DNA of 47,182 bases, from positions 1-47,182 of the forward strand of contig NZ_MLQN01000019.1 in the NCBI RefSeq assembly GCF_001854545.1, given 5' to 3'. Each line of letters opens with the position of its first letter. The stretch's first letter is position 1. Made by a program: the position numbers and the translations under genes. Shown one piece after another: positions 41,408-47,182 of this stretch. The DNA is from Helicobacter sp. CLO-3 (GTDB lineage: Bacteria; Campylobacterota; Campylobacteria; Campylobacterales; Helicobacteraceae). The notes beneath the pieces were generated by a model, which was given only the letters and a program-made list of their open reading frames with translations, was not told the DNA's origin and made no database searches.

Positions 41408-42874
41408 ATGTCAGATGAAAAAACATTCCTTGATTTGGGGCTGAAAAAGCCCGTTTTGCGAGGCGTGGAGCGAGCAGGCTTCACTACGCCAAGTCCTATA
41501 CAAGCTCAAGCAATCCCGGCAATTTTGAAAGGTGGCGATCTTATCGCTCAAGCACAGACAGGCACAGGAAAGACAGCGGCTTTTGTGCTGCCTATACTCC
41601 ACAGCCTGCATAATAGCGGCGAGATAGAAGCGCTCATCATCACGCCTACGCGCGAGCTTGCGATGCAGATTAGCGATGAGGCGTTTAAGCTGGGTAAATT
41701 TTGCAATACGCGCACGATTTGCGTGTATGGCGGGCAGAATATCAAGCATCAAATAAGCTTTTTGGATAAAAATCCACAAATCATGATTGCCACGCCCGGA
41801 AGGCTACTAGACCATCTCAAAAACAATCGCTTGCGGAGATTTGCCCCGCGCATAGTCGTGCTGGATGAGAGCGATGAGATGCTAGATATGGGATTTTTGG
41901 ATGATATAGAAGAGATTTTTAGCTATTTGCCAGAAGATATTCAGGTGCTGCTTTTCTCCGCGACCATGCCAAAACCCATAAAAGAACTAGCCGATAAGAT
42001 TCTGCTAAATCCCACAAGCATCAAAATCACGCCCACCGAAGTCGCCAACACCGACATAGCGCAGCGATACTATGTCATCAATGAAAGCGAGCGCAACGAA
42101 GCGATAATCCGCCTGCTAGATACGCAAAATCCCTCTTGTTCTATCATTTTCACGCGCACCAAAAAAGAAGCCGACACGCTAAATAATTTCCTCTGCGCGC
42201 AAGGGCACGAGTCTGTCGCGCTGCATGGCGATCTAGACCAGCGCGCGCGCCGCGATGCAATAACTTCTTTTAAAAACAAGCAAGTGCGGATTCTGGTGGC
42301 TACAGATGTGGCTAGCAGGGGCTTAGACATAAGTAATGTAAGCCATGTGTTTAACTACCACATCCCGCTAAACCCAGAAAGCTACATCCACCGCATAGGG
42401 CGCACAGGCAGAGCTGGCAAAAAGGGCGTGGCTATCACGCTAGTAAGCCCGCTAGAGTATAAAGAACTGCAAAGAATCCAAGATGATATAGGCAGCAAGC
42501 TAGAGCTGTTTGAGATGCCTTTTGACCCGGCGCAAAAGCTGCAAAAAATCCTAGATATAAAGATTTCTGATGAAGCGATAGATGCATATAGCCAGCTAAG
42601 CGATCAGACAGAGCCTACACAGCTTTGCTTGAAGCTTTTGACGCATTATCTAGATGGCAACAAAATAGGCGCTAGTATGCCTAGCCTAGAGCAAATAGCA
42701 GCAGAATCTAAAAAAGAAAGCGCTAGCAAACATCGCTCGAGATCACATAGTAAATCAAGCGGACATGGCGGGCAAACCGGACATGGCGCACAGGGCGGGG
42801 GCAATCGTCGCAACTCTAGCAACAAATCATCGCACAAAGGCTACGACAACAAAAACAAGGAGCGCAACCGATGA
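41408..42874 (+). CDS. DEAD-box ATP-dependent RNA helicase (RhpA/DeaD-like) with a Gly/Ser/His/Arg-rich C-terminal tail
   Basis: Q-motif (FTTPSPIQ), motif I AQTGTGKT, motif II read as VLDESDEM, SAT, HRIGRTGRAG. Low-complexity tail SKHRSRSHSKSSGHGGQTGHGAQGGGNRRN. Confidence 0.9.
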   Translation: MSDEKTFLDLGLKKPVLRGVERAGFTTPSPIQAQAIPAILKGGDLIAQAQTGTGKTAAFVLPILHSLHNSGEIEALIITPTRELAMQISDEAFKLGKFCNTRTICVYGGQNIKHQISFLDKNPQIMIATPGRLLDHLKNNRLRRFAPRIVVLDESDEMLDMGFLDDIEEIFSYLPEDIQVLLFSATMPKPIKELADKILLNPTSIKITPTEVANTDIAQRYYVINESERNEAIIRLLDTQNPSCSIIFTRTKKEADTLNNFLCAQGHESVALHGDLDQRARRDAITSFKNKQVRILVATDVASRGLDISNVSHVFNYHIPLNPESYIHRIGRTGRAGKKGVAITLVSPLEYKELQRIQDDIGSKLELFEMPFDPAQKLQKILDIKISDEAIDAYSQLSDQTEPTQLCLKLLTHYLDGNKIGASMPSLEQIAAESKKESASKHRSRSHSKSSGHGGQTGHGAQGGGNRRNSSNKSSHKGYDNKNKERNR

Positions 42875-43803
42875 AAGAATCTACCTATATCTGGAAAAAT
42901 GGAAAACTAATCGCATGGAAAGATGCGACTACGCATGTGCTTAGTCATACTTTGCACTATGGAAATGCGGCGTTTGAAGGCACTAGGGCGTATATGACGC
43001 CAAAGGGCTTGGCGATTTTTAGGCTGGATGAGCACTGCAAACGATTGCTAAATTCTTGCAAGATTTTGCGTATCAATTGCCCTTATTCGCTAGAGGAGCT
43101 AAAAGCCGCGCATATCGAGCTATTGAAGGCAAATCGCGCGGATTTTGCTAGCAATGTATATATCCGCCCGCTAGTGTATCTAGGCTATGGCGTGATGGGT
43201 GTGTCGCATATCAAAGCGCCAGTAGAGACGATAATCGCTGCGTGGGAATGGGGCGCGTATCTTGGCGAAGATGGCATAAATAATGGCATACGCGTAAAAA
43301 CTAGCTCTTTTGCACGCAATCCAGTGCGCTCGACTATGGGTAAAGCAAAAGCTGCGGCAAACTACCTAAACTCGCAAATGGCAAAATACGAAGCGCTGGC
43401 TTGTGGCTGTGATGAGGCATTGCTGCTGGATGAGTGCGGGTTTGTCGCGGAGGGAAGTGGCGAGTGCTTTTTCATCGTGCGCGATGGCAAGCTCATCACC
43501 CCGCCACACGACTACACCCTAGAATCTATCACGCAAGACACCACCATAGCGCTGGCAAAGGATCTTGGCATCGAAGTCATCGAGCGCAATATCACGCGCG
43601 ATGAGGTTTATATCGCGGATGAGGCGTTTTTCACCGGTACAGCCGCAGAGATCACGCCTATCAAAGAGGTGGATTTCTACACCATAGGCTCTGGTGGTGC
43701 AGGCGCTGTCACGAAGCTTTTGCAGACAGAATTTACAAGCCTCATAAATGGCGACAAAATCCAGAATCCAAAATATGCCAAATATCTAACTTTTATCGAC
43801 TAA
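42871..43803 (+). CDS. ilvE: Branched-chain amino acid aminotransferase (PLP fold type IV)
   Basis: IWKNGKLIAWKDATTHVLSHTLHYGNAAFEGTRAY N-terminus, EcFxxxxG motif, 310 aa. ATGA overlap with the helicase stop. Confidence 0.9.
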   Translation: MKESTYIWKNGKLIAWKDATTHVLSHTLHYGNAAFEGTRAYMTPKGLAIFRLDEHCKRLLNSCKILRINCPYSLEELKAAHIELLKANRADFASNVYIRPLVYLGYGVMGVSHIKAPVETIIAAWEWGAYLGEDGINNGIRVKTSSFARNPVRSTMGKAKAAANYLNSQMAKYEALACGCDEALLLDECGFVAEGSGECFFIVRDGKLITPPHDYTLESITQDTTIALAKDLGIEVIERNITRDEVYIADEAFFTGTAAEITPIKEVDFYTIGSGGAGAVTKLLQTEFTSLINGDKIQNPKYAKYLTFID

Positions 43804-43821
43804 ATTAAGCAAAGGATTAGC

Positions 43822-44925
43822 ATGCCTATCGATCTAAACGAACATCTAAAACGCAAAAATCAAACGCCACCAGACAGAAAAGATGCGCCAAACAACGACC
43901 GCGATAATCGCAACAATCGCGGAGATGGTCCCAACAACGCGCCGCGCAGAAATTCGGATTCTCAAAAAAATCCTTTTAATGCTAATTTAAACATCCCGCC
44001 AAATATGATAAATGGCAAGCTAGTGACTATCGCTGCGATTGTTGTGATTTTGGCGCTGCTTTTTGTCATGGCGCGACCTTTTGTAGTGATAAACTCTGGC
44101 GAAGTGGGGATAAAAGTGCATCTAGGTGCGTATCAAAAGCAGCCGCTTGAAGCGGGCTTGCATTTTTTCATCCCCGGGATTGAGCATGTCATCATCGTGG
44201 ATACGCGCGTAAAAACGCTGCATTTCACGAGCAATGAAGACATGGAGCGCAAAAATAACCAAAGCATCGCACAAAAAGTCCCTATCCAAGTGCGCGATAA
44301 GCTGGGGCTTGATGTGGCTATCGAGCTTACGCTAAAATACCAGCTGGACCGCGCCAAAGTCTCTGACACTATCCGCGAATATACGACGCTTTGGGATGAG
44401 GTCATCATCGTGCCCGGAATCTTGGAGGTCGTGGGAAGCGTGATAGGGAACTACCATGCCGAGGAGCTTCCAAGCAAAAGAGATGAGATAGCAAACCTCA
44501 TCGCTACCAATTTCCAAAACAAAATCAACGCCATCCGCGATAAGCCGGTGCGCTTAGATTCTGTGGAGCTGCGTAAAATCATTTTGCCACCAGAAGTGAA
44601 AAACAAAATCGAGCAAGTCCAAGTAGCCAAACAAGAAGCCGAGAAGGCAAAAGAAGAGGCGCGTGCGTTGCGCGAGCGCTCACAAGGTAAGGCAGATGCC
44701 GCGATCATCGAGGCAAAAGGGCAGGCTAGGGCAAACCAGCTGGTGAGCGAAAGCCTATCGCAAAGACTGCTAGAGCTGCGACAAATCGAGATGCAAGGCA
44801 AGTTTAACGACGCGCTTAGAGAAAACAAAGATGCGCAGATTTTCTTGACACCCGGCGGCGCTGTGCCAAATATATGGGTAGATAGCAAAAATCCGCGCCT
44901 AAACTCCTCGATATCAGGCAAGTAA
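43822..44925 (+). CDS. SPFH/band-7 (HflK/HflC/prohibitin-like) membrane protein
   Basis: Low-complexity N-terminus, a single TM (LVTIAAIVVILALLFVMA), SPFH domain (GEVGIKVHLGAYQ ... ), and a C-terminal coiled coil (KQEAEKAKEEARALRER ... ). This is the second SPFH protein in the window. Confidence 0.7.
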   Translation: MPIDLNEHLKRKNQTPPDRKDAPNNDRDNRNNRGDGPNNAPRRNSDSQKNPFNANLNIPPNMINGKLVTIAAIVVILALLFVMARPFVVINSGEVGIKVHLGAYQKQPLEAGLHFFIPGIEHVIIVDTRVKTLHFTSNEDMERKNNQSIAQKVPIQVRDKLGLDVAIELTLKYQLDRAKVSDTIREYTTLWDEVIIVPGILEVVGSVIGNYHAEELPSKRDEIANLIATNFQNKINAIRDKPVRLDSVELRKIILPPEVKNKIEQVQVAKQEAEKAKEEARALRERSQGKADAAIIEAKGQARANQLVSESLSQRLLELRQIEMQGKFNDALRENKDAQIFLTPGGAVPNIWVDSKNPRLNSSISGK

Positions 44926-44928
44926 GCT

Positions 44929-45897
44929 TTGCAAAACTCGCGACAAGAAGCAGGGCAAAGCGCGCAAGCGGATTTGAAAAAAGGCGCGCAGCAAAACGCG
45001 CTACATGGCACACTACAAAAAAGCGCGCGACAAGATAGCGGCGCGCAGCAAGAAGTCCCAAAGCTAGATTGGCAAAAATCTAGCCTCATCCCAGCTATCG
45101 TGCAAGATGCCACGAGCAAAGAAGTGCTAATGCTCGCTTTTATGGATAAAGAAGCCTTCGCATTGACGCTGCAAACAAGGCAGATGCATTATTTCTCCCG
45201 CTCCAAAGGCAGAATCTGGAAAAAAGGCGAAACCAGCGGACACATACAGCGCGTGAAATCGGCGTTTGTGGATTGCGATAATGATGCACTATTATTTTTG
45301 GTAGAGCAGGTGGGTGCGGCGTGTCACACAGGAAACAAAAGCTGCTTTTTTCAAAGTATCGGCGAAGTGGATTCTGGTGTGAATTTGGGCGCGAAAACCG
45401 CTGGCGCAGAATCTGCTAGCCAAAAATCTAAAATAGTAGAATCTAAAAAGGCAGAATCTGAAGGCGCAGAATCCAAAAACTACGCGACACATTTAGATTC
45501 TGCTAATTCTGTGGATTCTACCACTTTAGCCACCCCCGTACCAAAACCAAACTCCGCCTTCGCATACGACATTTACGGCGTCATCGACACGCTTTACCAC
45601 ACGCTTTTGGAGCGCAAATTTGCCAAAGGCGACACCTCCTACACCGCATCGCTTTATGAAAAAGGCGTCAATACCTTTGGCAAAAAAATCATCGAAGAAG
45701 CCGGCGAAGTCGTGCTCGCGCTAAAAGACGCCGACCGGGCGCAAATCGTGTATGAATGCGCGGATTTGGTATATCATGTGATGGTGGGGCTGGCGTATAA
45801 CAACATCCACCCAGAGCAGATTTCCCAAGAGCTTGCGCGGCGTTTTGGGCTTAGCGGCATCGATGAAAAGGCGCAGCGCAAGGCAAATAAAGCATAA
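44929..45897 (+). CDS. hisIE: Bifunctional phosphoribosyl-AMP cyclohydrolase / phosphoribosyl-ATP pyrophosphatase HisIE with an internal low-complexity linker
   Basis: HisI motifs (LIPAIVQD, CDNDALLFLVEQVGAACHTGNKSCFF). HisE motifs (LYHTLLERK ... EEAGEVVLA ... ECADLVYHVMV). The domains are joined by an AESASQKSKIVESKKAESEGAESKN segment. TTG start at 44929, with a ~45-aa N-terminal extension. Confidence 0.85.
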   Translation: MQNSRQEAGQSAQADLKKGAQQNALHGTLQKSARQDSGAQQEVPKLDWQKSSLIPAIVQDATSKEVLMLAFMDKEAFALTLQTRQMHYFSRSKGRIWKKGETSGHIQRVKSAFVDCDNDALLFLVEQVGAACHTGNKSCFFQSIGEVDSGVNLGAKTAGAESASQKSKIVESKKAESEGAESKNYATHLDSANSVDSTTLATPVPKPNSAFAYDIYGVIDTLYHTLLERKFAKGDTSYTASLYEKGVNTFGKKIIEEAGEVVLALKDADRAQIVYECADLVYHVMVGLAYNNIHPEQISQELARRFGLSGIDEKAQRKANKA

Positions 45898-46131
45898 AAG
45901 CAAAATAGCCAAATAGCGCGATGCAAGGCGATTCAAGCTTTAAACCACAGCCAAAGCTTCGCCCAAGCGCGCTTTGATTTAAGCTTATTAGCCTAGCAAA
46001 CGATATAATTAGCACCAAAACCCAAAACGACGACCAAAAAATATCACAAAACAGCACAAAATATCGCCAACCATGCGCTGGCATCGAGATAGCTAACTCA
46101 AAAAGTGATAAAATCAAAACAAGGGGCTTGC

Positions 46132-46665
46132 ATGAAAGAGATTTTGACACTAAAATCACTCATCACCACCGCAAGCGCGCATGTCGCCCTGCCAGAAAGC
46201 GCGGTATTTATGCTATTTTTCTTGGTGTTTGTGTTTGTATTTTTTTTCTCGCTCATTTTTTGGCGCTATCGCGGCGTTTTCGCGCTTTGCTTTGTGCTTC
46301 AGGGGGCGATTTTGTGCGCGACGCCCTTTGGCGTGGCGTTTGTGATGCGCCACTTCCTCTATCCCATCGAGGTAAATTACGCGCGCTTTGCGCCATTTGT
46401 CTATACGAGCGGTTTTAGCTTTGATGTCGAGATAAAAAACAGAGGCAAACTGCCTATCAAAGAATGCATGCTAACCATCACCTCCACGCACGAAAACCCC
46501 GCGCAAAGCAGGCTAGTCGCCCTGCGCGACACGCTACTCCCGCAAGCCGCATATACCAAAAGCGTAAAGCTAGATTTAAAGCCACGAGAATCCTATCGCT
46601 GGGAAGGCATTATTGACAGCTACTCATACGGCGACAACTACAAAAGCACCCTCGATTGCCATTGA
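46132..46665 (+). CDS. Hypothetical membrane protein
   Basis: ATG at 46132 with SD AAGGGG (the track starts at an upstream GTG). Two or three TM helices (FMLFFLVFVFVFFFSLIFW; LCFVLQGAILCATPFGVAFV) then a ~100-aa soluble domain. Contains a T8 run at 46240-46247. Confidence 0.55.
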   Translation: MKEILTLKSLITTASAHVALPESAVFMLFFLVFVFVFFFSLIFWRYRGVFALCFVLQGAILCATPFGVAFVMRHFLYPIEVNYARFAPFVYTSGFSFDVEIKNRGKLPIKECMLTITSTHENPAQSRLVALRDTLLPQAAYTKSVKLDLKPRESYRWEGIIDSYSYGDNYKSTLDCH

Positions 46666-46764
46666 TTGGGCTTTTCTAGAATCTAATTTCCTGCCATCAT
46701 CAAAGAAGCTGACGCTTTGCTAAAGAAACTTACTTTATTTATTTTTGCCACTACCTGCGCTTTC

Positions 46765-46879
46765 CGTCATTGCGAGACTTGCGTTAGCAAGGCGAAGCAA
46801 TCCAGAGGATAGCCAAAATCACAAAATCATAATTTTTCTAAATAGATTGCTTCAGATTCTGCGAATCCTCGCAATGACG
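46765..46879. repeat. About 115-bp imperfect inverted-repeat element downstream of the last gene (two nested arm pairs)
   Basis: cgtcattgcgag (46765-46776) pairs with ctcgcaatgacg (46868-46879). cgaagcaatc (46793-46802) pairs with gattgcttc (46845-46853). Internal small hairpin cttgcg-tta-gcaag. Confidence 0.5.
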
Positions 46880-47182
46880 ATTAAAAGCATCTACTAAACC
46901 ACGCCTAGAATCCGCTCACCAAAAACTCCAAAATCACTCAAAATCTCGTCTAGATTCTAGACCAGAACCTGACCCAAAATCTAGCCCCAAATCTAATCCA
47001 AAATCCGCTCAAATTTTGATCCAAAAATCTCTCAAAATCCAATCCCAGAATCTAGCTCCAAATCTACCCCCAAAATCCACCTACAAAACTGCCCCAGATT
47101 CCTATCATTTTTACTTCATTATGATAATACATTTTATTTGTGTTTCTTTTATTCACATTTGATTTACTTTTTTCGCCACTTT

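Overview
This window reads as the chromosomal replication-origin neighbourhood of a Helicobacter-like epsilonproteobacterium, probably an enterohepatic lineage. The gene order matches what I recall of H. pylori blocks: ruvC, then dnaA-dnaN-gyrB; kpsF-rnj-ksgA (HP1429-1431-like); fabZ-lpxA-clpX-mreB-mreC (HP1376-1372-like). DnaA-box-like TTATTCAC/TTTTTCAC clusters sit on both sides of dnaA, suggesting a bipartite oriC. I call about 45 features: about 40 protein-coding genes with assigned functions, one tRNA-Phe(GAA), several hypothetical ORFs and a few regulatory or repeat sites. Core functions include tyrA, xthA, two SPFH/flotillin proteins, ynfA, hisF, hisIE, rlmN, queH, a DEAD-box helicase, ilvE, a Tat-exported aldo-keto reductase and a MerR regulator. 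No transposase, integrase, rRNA or CRISPR array is visible. Three things stand out. First, the 7-mer AGAATCT (and its reverse complement AGATTCT) is heavily overrepresented. It occurs as at least five perfect 14-bp palindromes AGAATCTAGATTCT in intergenic DNA and as tandem copies inside genes, where it encodes ESK/DSS/LES-type low-complexity insertions in otherwise conserved proteins (RNase J, QueH, HisIE, AKR, the GT41 protein). Second, an apparent accessory block sits at 29.2-41.3 kb. It has a 942-aa protein ending in a GT41 (OGT/HMW1C-like) glycosyltransferase domain fused to the 3' end of the mreBC operon. Downstream are hypothetical proteins, one of which (32133..33200) carries N/T/S-rich, NX(S/T)-dense segments, which makes this a candidate protein-glycosylation system. 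The block also holds a PAS-protein plus membrane MCP pair (CetB/CetA-like), and a GT9 heptosyltransferase-like gene with an in-frame C10 tract (a phase-variation candidate). Third, a divergent flotillin / TelA-like / coiled-coil / tail-anchored membrane protein cluster lies at 9.2-13.2 kb. All calls rest on reading the translations and the DNA by eye. Nothing was searched against databases.
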